Shown: positions 12,563 to 25,836 of the stretch, piece after piece | Layout: each line of letters starts with the position of its first letter | Position numbering within the stretch: position 1 is the stretch's first letter | Source of the DNA: Cystobasidiomycetes sp. EMM_F5 | Lineage: Eukaryota | NCBI GenBank assembly: GCA_051047955.1 | Contig: JBPGPT010000012.1 | Coordinates: forward strand, 1-64,000 | Direction: 5' to 3' | DNA length: 64,000 nucleotides | Notes under the pieces: generated by a model | Seen by the model: the letters and a program-made list of their open reading frames with translations, nothing else | Database searches by the model: none | What the model was told of the DNA's origin: nothing | Position numbers and translations under genes: made by a program

Positions 12563-13939
12563 ATGTCAGAAATTCACGTCCTCGTATTGGCAACCCTCGA
12601 CCCTGGTCAACGCAAGCAAATTGAGGAAGTAGCTGATAGCGTTAGTAATATTAATGACTGCATCTCAACTCGGCGATGAGCTGAAATTAATCTGAATTTC
12701 GACCCTCGTTTTCAGGTTGCGTATGGGTCCAGAGCACCGGGAGATCCAAATTCACCTTTCCGAGTCTCTGTAGAACGGTCGCATCTCGCCAAGATAACAT
12801 GTATTATCGGATGGCAGGCCCCGGAAGGCGTTGACAATCCGTCAGACTTGCCAAACTTGCAATGGTGGATGATACCCGCAGCCGGGGCTGACCGACTTCT
12901 CAACAAGCCAATTTGGCAGAATGGCGACTTGCGCAAACGAGTCATCCTTACGTCTAATTCTGGTACTCATATGGCTGTCATCCCGAGCTATATTGTCGGA
13001 ATGGTCATTAATCTGTTTCAGCGCACCAAGGACGATATTCAGAGACAACAACAACAACGGGCTGAAGACAAGTGGGTGAGGCGTACAGATTACTACATCA
13101 AAGAAGTGTACGGATCTACTTGGGGCATTCGTGAGCTATGATACTAGATACGAGGCACATTTGGCCGTCAGCTGAAACTTCGTGCAGTTGGCTACGGTCG
13201 GATAGGGCGGGAAACAGCCAGACTGGCCAAAGTTTTCAATTGCAGAATACTTGCAGGTGTGTCAGCCCGTGATGTACACTGGACGATATTCTGAAGCGGA
13301 GTTTTACTGTCTTTGCAGCCACGAGTAGCGGAAAGCGAGCCCCAGACGAAGAAGCGCGACTATTAGGGTTAGACTTAGGCGATCCTGAAGGCAAATACCA
13401 ATCACTTCAATGATAACCTCCTGAACTTATGCTATCTCATAACAGGGTCGTTACCAGACGAGTTTTTTTCTACGGCAGACGACGTTGCTTTCGAGCAGTT
13501 TCTGGGTCAGCTCGACGTCCTGGTAATCAGTATACCAGGCACTGCGAAGACAAATAAGATCATGAATGAAAGGACGCTAAATATGCTCAAAAAAGGTGCT
13601 GCTTTGGGTGAGCGTTCTTAAGCCAGTCATGTTTAGCATGGTCTTGCTGACTGGGCTACAGTCAATGTGGGCAGAGGCGAAGTCATTGATACGGAAGCTC
13701 TTATAAAAGTCATTCGAAGCGGACACCTCAGTGGAGCCGCGTTGGATGTACAAGATCCAGAACCGTTCCCGAGCTATTCGCCACTGTGGGACTTGGACAA
13801 CGTCATCATCACCCCACATATTGCCGGAAGCACCGAACAATATTTGGCGCGAAGTATCGACATATGGGTAGCAAATGCCCGACGCTTCAAAAGAGGTCAA
13901 AATCTGCTGAACATCATCGACCTCGACAAGGGCTATTGA
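12563..13939 (+). CDS. D-isomer-specific 2-hydroxyacid dehydrogenase
   Basis: Motifs AGAD, TSNSGTH, GYGRIG, VNVGRG, GAALDV..PEP, TPHIAG. Several introns, including GC-AG at 13391-13445. Confidence 0.9.
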
Positions 13940-14138
13940 ATATCAACAGAGCTCAGTTTCCAACCGAATATCTAGTGTCCATTACGCTTTGGCATACTTC
14001 TTTTTGAATATACTGATACAGTGGTATTAAACCAACTCTTTTACCAATGTGACCCAATTCGTACTTGGTGTTTTGAGTGTCCATGCCTGGGACAGAGCTG
14101 TCCGAACGTACGTATAGAAGTAGGGAGCCCCGGGAGTT

Positions 14139-15780
14139 TCAGACTACCTGCGTGGGTTCAGCGATGTACAAGCCGCGCTTAGAAGCGGTGAAGGCGGCGG
14201 TCACAGACGGCTTGATAGAAGGAACAGTCGAAGCATACGAATCGGAAGCGGAACTGAAGGAGCACGAGCTTGATAGGTTGAAGAGGTATTGTTGCGAGGT
14301 CTGACTAGCTTTCGGAAGCGGAATAATGCCGTTGTTTGCCAGATCGATAAACGAGTATAGTGTGAAGTTTTCGGTTTGATTGAACTGCTGTGTATAGGCA
14401 TTTGTGCGATACGACCAGAAGATACCGCCCGCAGACTGCGCCCATGCACGAGCTTGGGCGGCATAGAATGTAGCATCCCAGGTAGTGTTATTCCATATTG
14501 CGGTACTGACGGCCCATTCCGTGACTGCCACTGGCACGCCATATGTGGCATAGCTTTGAGCTTTTTGGCAGACCTGTGCGAGGAGCGAGGACTGAGACTG
14601 TACAGGTTGAAGACGTCCAGGATACTGTAGACGAGGAAGCTGTCAGAGAAAACCCGAAGTAGTCAGGAAAGACAGACATACCGGATGATCTTCGTAAATG
14701 AGGTAGTTTGGATTTTTGCCATTGATGAATGATTGGAAGAGGGCGAACGGATTGACTTCGGGATGGCCAGGATGGAACATCATTGGCATGGGAGGTGACA
14801 TCTTTTGGAACTTGGCATATGCGCGCTCATAGTAAGAAATGAGTGTGTCGAACTGATCCTCACTGTAAAAGACCGGCTCGTTGCATGCAGCGACTGCTGA
14901 GATGACGTGCTTGTACGTTGAATTGTTAATGTAGGAGATGAGTGCGTCGACGGTAGTATCGGTGTAAGCTTGATTTCCAGCCTGGAACCAATTGTTGTAG
15001 CTGTACGAAGATGATATGGTCAGTTTCGCGACACATGGGCGTTTCGTCAATCGTCAAGTCTAGCTCACCCAACGTGTCCGGATTCCTGCTCTCCATTCTG
15101 CGAACCGGGCAAGCCGTGAAGATCGATCACTGCATACAAGCCGTACTTGTTTGCGGATTCCAGAACTCTTGTGAGCTGATCAAGCTGTCCACATTGCGAG
15201 CAGTAAGGAGTGCCAGCAGGTTGGTTTATAAAGGCCCAATAACCTATAGGAATGCGGATATGGTTGAAACCCGACGCAGCAATTATGCGAATGTCGTCAT
15301 CTGTGATCCAGGTATTCCAGTGGTTTGAAAGTACGCTTTTGAGCTGACTGCCGCAAGCCTGACTCCATGACCATTCGTCCTGCACAGATGTGTTGTTGCA
15401 TGAGGTTGTGAACTGTCGATGGCAACGGAGGTCAGTGCGGTCGAAACCTACCGCAATCGCTCGTAAGCCTACCCAAACTTCGTCCATCCATCTTTCGAGG
15501 ACTAGCCAATTACCCAGGGCGACACCGTCTGATGCGAAGCGCAACACCCACTCGTCAGCCCAAATTTCTCTGGCCGAAGCGCCAAAAGCCATGGCTCACG
15601 CATTTTTGGACCCGACGTCCAGCTCCAGTTTGCAGGATTTGAGACGATACCCTGCGCATTCACTGCACGCTGCTGCAGGTGAGGTGCTTGAGGCCATGGG
15701 GAGAGCTGTCCGAAGGGCAGTGGCGATGCAGCCACAAGAGCTGGCAGCAGGATGGCCGCCGAGGACAGAGGGAGCTTCAT
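14139..15780 (-). CDS. Secreted glycoside hydrolase family 5 exo-beta-1,3-glucanase (Exg-like)
   Basis: Signal peptide MKLPLSSAAILLPALVAA. Motifs GVALGNWLVLERWM, GFNHIRIPIGYW, DLHGLPGSQNG, acid/base NEP, nucleophile TEW, GGIFWS. Confidence 0.9.
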
Positions 15781-16318
15781 GCTGGTGGAGGAGAGAGTAC
15801 TACCGAGATGCGAGAATGTAATACTGCGAAAAGCAAACAAAAGTGTCCCAACCACCGAGCAGCAGCAGACAAAACTCGAACAGGCAAGTTTTACGCCGCT
15901 GGGACCACTTTACGCGCTAAGAATAGATGCCGGTGAATTGATTTGCGTGATGAAGGTCGACACTCACGGTCTCTTGTGCAGATGACAAGTAGTCAGATCC
16001 GTCACATTCTTGCCAAATCCTCCACTCCTCCGTTGGCCGCAGCACATGAGACCTACCCTCGCCAACAAAGAAGTTGACTGACGTACTGACACACACACGA
16101 CAGGCTAAATACTAGGTCGACAGCGAATCCAGCCAAGTCCTTCTATCACTTACGTCTCTGCTGTATAAGTACGACAACAGTCAGCATTGCCGCTACGCGT
16201 GCTGCGCCTCATTGTCGACTCGGGGGAGCTGCTGAGGACGCGCCGTCATCTTTTGCTACCACCATGGTGGTCCCCATCAGCTCATGCACCCGAGTTGAGT
16301 GTACAAGCGTACTCTCCG

Positions 16319-16835
16319 ATGGTAACGCTTCACAATCGCGCTCATTATGACGCAAACACGAGCGCAAGATCAAATGACAGCGGAGATGGTGTCATCAGGG
16401 GAACAGACTTTATAGCGGTCATGCTAGCTATCGGTGTGAGCAAATGAAAGTATGTACTGTCTCACAGCGCGCGCCTCTGACTGTCCCCGTTTACTGCAGC
16501 TGGGTACAATCGTATTTGCAGTACTGCTAGTGTGGTCGATATTTGCCTTACAGAAGTACCAGAGCCATGTTCTTTGGGCGAATGTGCAAGGAAGAGTGAC
16601 TGGTGCCGACGAGAAGGAGCAAAAGCATCGCGAGAGTTGTCACACAAATTGGACAAAAGCCAAGATAAGCGATACCGTCGCTAGCTCTATCTTTGCGATA
16701 GCTAGTGGCCTCCTTACGGGCTACGGTGATACCGTCAATCGACCTGATCCTTTAGTATCCCGCATGCTCAGTATAATAGGCGTAACCTATGGGATCTTTT
16801 CCGTTATTCTCGCAGCAGTGTCAGGTTTAGGGTGA
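16319..16835 (+). CDS. Small orphan membrane protein (~150 aa, ~3 hydrophobic segments)
   Basis: ATG 16319. Intron GTGAGC (16436) ... CTGAC ... CAG (16499) joins FIAVMLAIG|LGTIVFAVLLVWSIFAL. Two more hydrophobic stretches lie at the C-terminus, and a TATA-like TATAAG sits near 16164. Confidence 0.55.
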
Positions 16836-17075
16836 GATGCATGGGCCATCAGAATTATCTTTCGTGACAGTCGATGTGAAATATGAAAGTTCTCTCTGAA
16901 CCGATGCCTTCTCCTCATATGTTGCACTAGATTATACTAAGCTTCAAATTTTACACGTAAATTATATCGCTACATCGCTACAATAGTGTCCGTTTCTTGT
17001 GAAGTGCGGCTACATGCGTACTATATTCGTGCGACTCCGACTATCATACAAAATTCTACTACCCGTTGCCATTTA

Positions 17076-18415
17076 CTATACTATCTCTGCTGATAATCGT
17101 TTGCTTGTACTGATTCGTGGATGGTTTATTGTGTCGTGAATGTCAGTTGTGCTGTCATACCAATGTCGTAAAATGGTCTGTCGCACGACCGTTGCTCTTC
17201 TTTGCCAAAGTAAACTAGCGAGTACCAACCCAAGTAGCGCTACTGCAGTGACTGCCGCAGTGAAGCCATACTTGCCAAGATATGTGAAAATGAAGGCATC
17301 CTGACCGTGCCAGGAAGATCCATAATGGTGGCTAAAGAAGGCTGAGGGTGCATCTTCCTGCGCTATGTTCTTCCCGTACAGAGACCGCGGTAGAAGCCGG
17401 ACTCTACTGTCCTCGAGGCGGGATCCAAGGGAATTGTATTGCGAAAGCATTGCGGAGAGCATCATGGGACCCGTAGAGAACATGACGCTGATGTAAGACG
17501 AGTGGTAGTTGTGATCGAATGAAGATAAGTCTCGTATCACAGTACCCATGAAAGCACCCCGCGGCTCGCTAAACATGAGATCGTTGCTGACTCCGACGGG
17601 TTTCGTGACTGCAAGTAGCGTGGGAAAACGCAGGAGAGGGTCCATGGGACGGCGGCAGCCAATGTCCAGATCCATATACAGGCCACCATAATGATACAGG
17701 ACGAAGTATCGCAAGGCATCCGCACGCTGTATATTATGCGGGTAGCCATCGTAAGTCGGTAGAAACTAAACGAGATACATCTCAGATTTGTAGCGAATCA
17801 GAGGTCAATCGCCCTACCCAATCATAATGCTCGGCGATGAGTTCTCGTGCCGTCTCGTCGGTCCATAATATGTATTGGCTGTCGGAGACGGCAAAGATGA
17901 GAAATCGTGGAAGATTAGAGAACCGTCAAGACTTACTAGTCTGGATGCATGAGCCGGCACTCGTCAGATCTGCCGATTGAGTCCGAGTCAGTCTCTGCGC
18001 TGCTGTACCATAGTAATAAGCCTTGTTTACAGGACAGCCCAGTTTGGAGGCAGGTGTTCCGTCTTCCACGTCTGGTGTATGATGCGGGGAATCCTTTCGT
18101 AGGCGTATTCAATCCCGTTCACCCACGATGTTGAACCCAATAGGGTAGTATTATTATACGCGAGTGACGGCACAGACTCGATGTCGCTGCACAGGATCTG
18201 ATCGCTGATATCAATTGCAAAGAATACCTATTGTGGCACGCTCCTCTGTCAGAATACCTTGTAACTCAGAGCGAGGAAAGTCCACTCACTTTGACCGTCG
18301 CCACGAACAAGGAGGCTCCCAGTATCGCTACACCGAGAAGACCCAACAGGAAAAGCAGCAAGCGTCTTGATGACGATGCGGCTGGAAGCCGGTCACGATG
18401 GCTGGACGGATTCAT
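17076..18415 (-). CDS. Glycosyltransferase family 32, mannosyl-inositolphosphoceramide synthase (Sur1/Csh1-like)
   Basis: N-terminal TM (LLLFLLGLLGVAILGASLFV). Motifs IPRIIHQTWK, QRADALRYFVLYHYGGLYMDLD (DxD), GVSNDLM, STGP, GSSWH. C-terminal TM. Confidence 0.88.
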
Positions 18416-19048
18416 TACAACTGGCGCAGCAAGCGGGAAGGTCGAAGCCGTTATATGAAGGCTGGCAGCATGTTTCGTCTGACGAGCTGAAGGTGATATC
18501 GTGCTTCGTGTAAACAGCGTCCCGCAGCAGGCTGACGTCGAAAATAGAAAGGCACACCAGGCAGTTTGAATTGGCTGGATGGAAGCAGGATGTGCCGCGT
18601 AACGCTTGATAGACACATGAAGATTCAATGCTCATCGTGCAAAAACCGTTTGACTTGTCATCAGCCAAATCGCCTCAAAAAGATCGGCTGCATTGGCCGT
18701 CCTTTTCCAAGTATTTGCGGCTTAAAAAATAACAGCTTGGCTCGCAAAAGGTGCATCGGCATGGCAGAGCAAGCAAAATTCTCAAGCAATTGCTGATCAC
18801 AAAGGTCAAATGATGCAATTATCTTATGCCGAATATCGGCGATCCACCGCAGGCTCGGTTGACAGATAGCGATAGACTTTCGGGCGCGGGTTTTTATATG
18901 CGACCGCATCTTTGCAAAAGTCTGCAAGATGCAGCATACCTGACGGGGCGATCCCGAAAGAACTGCTTAGCGCCTCCTCCGCCGCAAGTGCTGTTGGTTA
19001 TTGGGAGAGGCAGACCGTGGGCCTTGGCAATGCAATCTGAAAGAGACA

Positions 19049-20287
19049 TCAATTCTTGAAGGATAGGCCTGCATGCTGGCGGTTGGCTCCATACACTCCC
19101 GCCATATCGCCTCTATCGCCTTGGACTTGCTGAACGGTTGCAAAGTTTTTGTGGATGTTCTCAACGTTGCCCATCTTAGCTCCATGCTTCTCAGCCAGCG
19201 AGAGCATGTGTCCAGCATCTTTTCGAGCCAAGTTTATGGCGAATAAGGGTTCTTCTCGTTTGTAATAATCACCAGTCATCATACGCGCCAAATAACTGGC
19301 CCAAGGACCTAGACTATAGCTGTCAGCGATTGTGGTACCTTTCAACAGGGGTGCATACAACGCACCTTGTCACATGACGTTGTCAACAAATCCTTTGAAG
19401 GCTTGTACGTCTAGTCCAGCTTTCTCAGTGAGTACTAGCCCTTCAGAGAGCCCCTCAACCATCGACATAATCACGCTGTTGCCCGCTAGTTTGAGAATGT
19501 TTGCGCTTGCGTATTTTTCGCCGACCTCGATGTATGCCTTTCCCATCACACCGGTTGTGTACGGTATGACGCGCTTGACCAGATCAGGAGGTCCGGCCAG
19601 AACGAAAACGAGTTGCCCCGCATCCGCCATCGGTGGTGCGCCAACTGCAAGGACAACAAGTCAAGAGAAAGGTCTAGATTTGAAGACACCAGGACACCTA
19701 CAGACTGGTGAGGCAACGAACAGACCTCCCTTAGCTACAACTTGGTCTGCAATCTCTTGAGTTGTCTCTGGGAGGACGGTGCTGCGTGCAGATATAAGAC
19801 ATCAGAGCATTGTCGATCAGACGAGTGCTACTGAGGCGATTTACCTGCATTCAACAAAGAGTTTGTCCTTGATATCTGATTCCAGTATTGATTTGAATGT
19901 CTCCTTGAGGGCCGGGTCATCACCTAGAGCAACATTGTCAGCGTTCTGCGGCAGCCTCGAACGCAGCCGAATACTCACCTAGACACGAGAATATTATCTC
20001 TGCTTTTGAAATGGCTTCCGGAACAGTCTCAGTAACGACCACTTTGTCGGACCCAAGCGTCTGAGCGAGCTTGTCTGAACGAGCTTTCGTGCGATTGTAG
20101 ATGATAAGTGGCTTCGCGAGCTTGCCGTTTTCAGTCAGGTTCTTGCACATCCCGCGTCCCATGCTTCATGAGCAAATCGTATTATTAGCTCCGCGTGCAT
20201 CTCGATGTCTCTTGCAAATACCCGAAGGCAGACTGACTTGCCCAGACCTAGCCAGGCGACTTGATGCTGACCTATATCTGATGACAT
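19049..20287 (-). CDS. NAD(P)-dependent beta-hydroxyacid dehydrogenase (3-hydroxyisobutyrate/6PGDH-like family)
   Basis: Spliced VAWLGLGNMGRGM Rossmann motif, plus YNRT, SPVFGAPP, KLAGN, LARKDA. Confidence 0.88.
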
Positions 20288-20656
20288 ACTCGTCTTGCGG
20301 GCGTATTGACACAAATGTTATTGCAGAGTTGGTGGCAGAACGCGAGCGGCGTCATGCGGAGAACTATTGGACTTTCAAAAAAAGGACGACCGTGTTGTGC
20401 GTCAAAGTACCGTCTTATTAAGTGTAAATTGCAAACAACTTCGCAAGCCATACAACAAAACATATGTGCTAGAAAACGAATGCTATAGATTGCTAGTATA
20501 GGACAAAGACCAAGGATACATCGGACTTCGCGCCAAGCGCAAGGCTTTGAATGAAGAAGGTAGGCCTGAGCGAAGTTCATTGTGGAGGGAGTAGCGATTG
20601 AGAATGATATGCCCTTGCGTTGCGCGGCGCCGGCTGGCGGTCGAAAGGCGACCGCT

Positions 20657-23600
20657 TCACCATGGCGACCATGGCTGCCATTTAGGCGTGCGATCTAAAG
20701 GTGAGGGAAAGGTGAGCGATCTGCGGTCACCACTTCTGCTGCCCATCTCGGCATCTCGCTGACGGGCCGCCATCCGCTCAAACTCGTCATCGAGGACAGC
20801 GCTAAACTCGTACGGATCGTAATAGCTGCCTGGCGTAGAGAGCCCCATTGCGCGAGAACCCGGCATCTTTGGTGTAGATTGCTGCAAAGATTGCAAATTC
20901 TTTGAGGCTGCAGTACTCGCGACATGCGCCAGCTTGTTGGTGCCGGGAAGGCGTGGAGTGCCGGAAATTGAGCCAAAGCGATCCGGCGTCTTGAAGACGT
21001 CCGTATTGCTTTGCATGCGGGAGCGGCCCAAGGTAGGACTTCGGGTGCCGTTGGTGGACGACCCTGAGCCTGAAGAGTACGGATGGGAGAAACCTTTCGG
21101 AGACAACGAGGATGACCGATTTGCAGCAGAGGCGCGCATACTGGAGACCGGCGACTGGGTGTTGACTGATACAAGCGATGGTCCAGGCGACATCATGCCA
21201 ATTGGCGGGAGGCTTAGCTTCTCCTCCTCGGCATCGGCGGCGAAGTGGATTGTGCCTTTGACCAAACCTGGCCGAATGTTTGGCGGAGGGAGGAAAATGG
21301 AGCTTCCTGCGTGCACAGTATCCTCTATCGCTACCGATCGCGGGGTGGGCGGAGGGAGTCTGCGTAAATTGCGTTCCGAAGGCATAATGCCAGCGAGCGG
21401 TGGTGAACTCATCAAAGCTGCCACATGCGCACTAGTCTCTGGACTAGGTCCTCCGAATGTGTCTCGTAGCGGGCGATACGGCTGCGACATCCGAGCAAAG
21501 ACATTGGTCGGCGGTGAAGACATGATAGGTGGGGAGGTCAGCATTCGTCGAGACGTCGTCTTCCTGTGACGGCGAGCTGGACTTGTCTGCGATACTTTCG
21601 GAGCGGTGACTGTCTCAGCCATTGTCGACGGCTCGGCCGAGATGGATCGTTCGGACAATGCGACCGGCGTACTTTCCTCAATTGCCAAAAACTCGCTTTC
21701 CTCGTTATCTGAGCTCGGTTGGAATGGTGCGTGATCTACATGAGGGTCAGAGTCCGAATGCGGTAGTGTACTGTGGCGCAGTGAGCTGATCCCCGAGCCC
21801 TGTGATGCACAAAATTTCAGTCAACGTGCAACATTACATACTTTTGGCAACTTACAACCCGCTGATGTCGAACCACCGGATGCTGCCGGGCTTGCGATGA
21901 CGCTTGCTTGCGCAACTCGCTCTCGCGAACTGCGATTTCATCTAGCTGATCCTCCATGTCGAAGGACTCATCCTGCTCGTAAGGTTCCGAGCTTGGCTCA
22001 CGAGACACTGCTTGAATGTTCTGTGGGGCATGATACATCGGGGCGCGTAGATGCTGATGATGATGTTGAGGAGCCTGGTTTGTATGCTTGGACATTGGTG
22101 GCTGCTGATACAGGAGCTGATGTGCATGTTGAGCATATCTGGCAGACGGGTACTGCTCCGACTGCAACTGAGATTGCCTATGCTCGTACATAGGCATCTG
22201 AGACTGTTGGTAGTGCGGCTGACGGCCCGCAGAAGGCCCAACAGACGCCGACATGTTTGATGCAAAAGAGCTGGACAGTGCCGAAACGTTCTCGAAAGAG
22301 TCGTCGGCACTGCCGACAGACATAGTTTCGGACTGACTGATGACGCTCGTTGACTTTTGACTCCGCTTGAGCGGCGGCGGAGCGACAAGTCCGTCGCTCG
22401 AGCTTACCGGCGTCAATGAAGGCCGTGTGGCCGACTTGGGCACTTTGCCCTTCTTGTAAAAGTTGCCATTGGAAAATTGCTCTTCAGCGCCAGGTAGAAT
22501 GCCCCACAGGCAGCCTTTGCCTGGTTCATCAGCTCCACGCTGCGTCTTGACAAAGCATTCGTTGAGGGACAAATTGTGCCTAATGGAATTTTGCCAGCCG
22601 GCATCCTGCTTCTTGTAGAATGGATAGACCGTCATGATATATGTATAAATGTCATTAAGCGACATGCGATTGTTCGGCGTGGAGAAGATTGCTTGTCCAA
22701 TGAGAGCAGCGTACGAGAAGGGCGGCTTCGTGTCGGCATCGTACTGACTCTGCTGTATGTGCATCGGCTCAAAACCCGGCGTTGTCGAAGGTGGGGGAGT
22801 CGCTTCTGCATCCTGCGACATCTGCAAGGAGCGCGTGGACGAGGTCGCAGATAGCGCCTTCTTCTGCTGTGATCGCTTGTGCGGCGAGGAACTCTGTGAT
22901 TGATGGAGCTGCTGCTGTTGTTGGTGTTGTCGGGCAGCCTGTTGACGCAACTGAGCCTCTATATGCGGAGCTTTCGTAGTCGTGATGGGTAATTGCGTTG
23001 TAGAATACTCTGAATTTGCGCTCATCGGTCTACTCATCTCACTTTGTCCATTCGCGGAACTTTGTGCAGAAAGCGAACGCATCAGATTGCTGCCATGCAC
23101 CGGATCCCGCATGGGTGGCGCATCGACAAAGAGATTATATGCTGGATATGGCTTTGAAGCAGAGGATGGCGCACCAGAGCCGTCATACATGCGACCATCT
23201 GCATATTGCCGAGTGTGAGCTGGCGAATTTCGGCGATATCGAGGAGACTGGGTAGCAAATATAGGGAAAGGTGGGGGAGAGGAGCCAGGAGGAGGAGAGG
23301 GAGAGGCAGCAACATTCTGAACACGTTGTCTAGGCGACATCAGGTCATGCGATGCTTTACGTTTGCGAGCGCTACCGGCGACGGATGCGTCTGATGATGA
23401 ACCGCGACTGCCCGGTATTGCAACACTTAGTCTAGTCTTTGGCGAATCGTACGCTGGATCGTGTCTGCGTTGCGCCTCTGCGTTCGCCACTGGAGAGCCA
23501 TAGTCCACCTCGCTGAGCATACGGATCTGAGCCAGAAGCGGGCTAGGCAGATCATTGCCGGCAGACTGTGTATACGGTGTATACGGAGGTAGACACAGTC

Positions 23601-25836
23601 AGTATCAATAAAGGCCCGCGGAAGATGTACTCACCCTCAGTACAGCAGCACGTCGGTTTCCAGACCGCATCGGAGTAGAATGCACTGCGGCATTTGCATA
23701 ATTGTTATACTGACGGTCCCGTTCTTGGTCATACCGCTGAGTATCCACTTCCCGTTCCTGCACAGTCACATCGTCCGATCGGTCCATCTCATTCATTTCT
23801 TCATCTCCCTCCGTGTCACGAACAGCACCGAATCGAGCGGTCTGTGCTGCCTTGGGCGACGAGCTCGTTTCCATGAAGCGATCCAGCATCCCTCTTCTCC
23901 GCGACACGTCAAATGAAGTCGTTCTTCGATGGCCCGATCCAGCATTTACTGAATTCTCGCCATTAATGCTCCTGCTTGGGGAAACGCGTGAAGGACTGCT
24001 AGATGATGATCGATTGTACGATGAGACATTGGCGCTAGGTGTCAAGGACGGAACGAGGGCAGGATCATACATGCTGAATGCAGGTGCGAGACCAGTGCTT
24101 GCAGTCTTTGAAGAAGCGGGACTCAACCTGCCCGGCAAGAACAGCTCTCCATCGCCTTCGACGTCGCTCGTTATTGCCATGCTCAGGCCGCCTGGCCTTC
24201 CACCCCGATGCACCGCAAGAGCATCATAGTGCACGTCGCTATACGGCCCCGTCTGATCCATTTGATCGTCTCCCTCGACGCCTTCCACCTCGTCATCCGA
24301 CGTCGGAAGCTGCCGCAAAAGATAGTTTTCATGCCTTGCGTCCTCATCGAGATCCATCATTTCTTGATCTCTTCCAAGACCCAACCTCTCTCTTGTCCTT
24401 CGCACCTGTGCAGAACTCTTCAAAGCAATGTCCTCTAACCGCGTCCGGACGGGCGTAGTCGATTTACCGCCTTCGCTCGTCCTTGATCCAGATCTCGACA
24501 TCTTCCCAGAAGACGCGTGTGAGGGTGGTTGGTGAAGACTGTTTGATCCACTCGTACTACCTACTGGCGACGTACTAGCAGGATACTGTTGATGCTGCTG
24601 CTGAAAAAAGGCTGCACTCCTAGAGGAATGCAGGGGTGATGAAGAGGACGAGACGAGGTTGGATGCATGGAGACCTTGTCCTCGATAATTACCATACGAC
24701 GTCGTAGCACTAGGAGCCTTGACGGGCGAAGAAGCAAGCATACCCAACGCTGCCGCAGCAGCGGTAGCGGCAATGAAAGACTCACTTCCTTCCTCTCGCG
24801 CAGAGCCTGACGATCCAGATCCCGCCGCTTGGTTTGCCTGTACCGGAGGTGGTGTGGTCTGGCTTGTTCGAGAAGTATTGCCCTGCTTGTCGGATCGCGT
24901 AGATCTCGTACTCTTGCCCTGTTTACGCGTTGCCTTGACAGACGACGACGAAGATAGAGGGTTGTACTCTGCATTCACACCATCTTCCGATGTCGGAGGC
25001 GAGTCATTTGGCGACTCCTCGTTGGTAGCCTGGGAGGAGGACACGGATGTCCGTAGAGTGGACGGTCCAGAGTCGGAAGGAGTGGAAGTCGACCATTGCG
25101 CGTTGGTCGAAGTGTTTATCGACTTGAGACGGAGTGACGAGGATGAAGAGGATGGGGTTGTCGAGGTGGTGGATGATTTGAGAGAGTTGCGGGAAAGAGG
25201 TAGAGAATGACCGTCTACGTCATTTGGCATGTATGCACTCGCACTCGTGCTACCTGCACTGCGCGTATTGGCAGCGTACGACGAGGTTGCTCTACCGCCA
25301 TCCGATGCACGCTTCCTACTGTTGCCGGTGTTGTTGTTTGTTGTTGTTGACTGGGACGTGGTCGCAGGAGTGGAGGTGGAGGCGTCGCGGAGGACAGACA
25401 TGACAGTCATCCTTGTGCGCTCGTAATCCTCGCGCGACACGCCAGCAGCCATTGCCTCGTCCATAGCACCTTGCTCGGTGGTCGACAGTCTTGCTGCCTT
25501 TGCCGATGGACCCATACTGTCGTTTGCTGCCTCGATCTTTGCAGACGGTACTCCCGTTGGCCGACGAGCAGGGGGCGAGGAAGCTGCCGTCGAAGCCGAC
25601 GTTGTCGATGATGCTCCACTTGAATCGCTGGCTGGGCTGCTCAGCTTGTGCGTGTCGACGCGGGCAGAGTGCGAGGAAATGCTCGAACTTGTCGCGTTGC
25701 TCAACTTGTAGGGAGTGGTCGAGTACGACTGCGAGTACATGGGCCAGTCGCCGTACACGACGAGGCCAGACGGGGAGGAGCTGGAATTGTAGAATGACCA
25801 CCCGTCAGCGCTGTTGCCGTAGTAGCTGCGCTGCAT
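20657..25836 (-). CDS. Very large forkhead-box transcription factor (Hcm1/Sep1-like), ~1700 aa, 3 coding exons
   Basis: Forkhead domain KPPFSYAALIGQAI...LNDIYTYI...GWQNSIRHNLSLNECFVK...GKGCLW at ~22490-22730. Three long ORFs join in frame via introns at ~23566-23634 (GTGAGT..CACAG) and ~21771-21841 (GTATGT..CACAG). Start codon is uncertain (25836 or 25740). Confidence 0.85.

Noticed and set aside
20167..20241. Possible GC donor (GCAAGT) in the beta-hydroxyacid dehydrogenase first intron
   Set aside because: The adjacent GTCAGT donor gives the correct GLGNMG motif in phase, so the intron is ordinary GT-AG.
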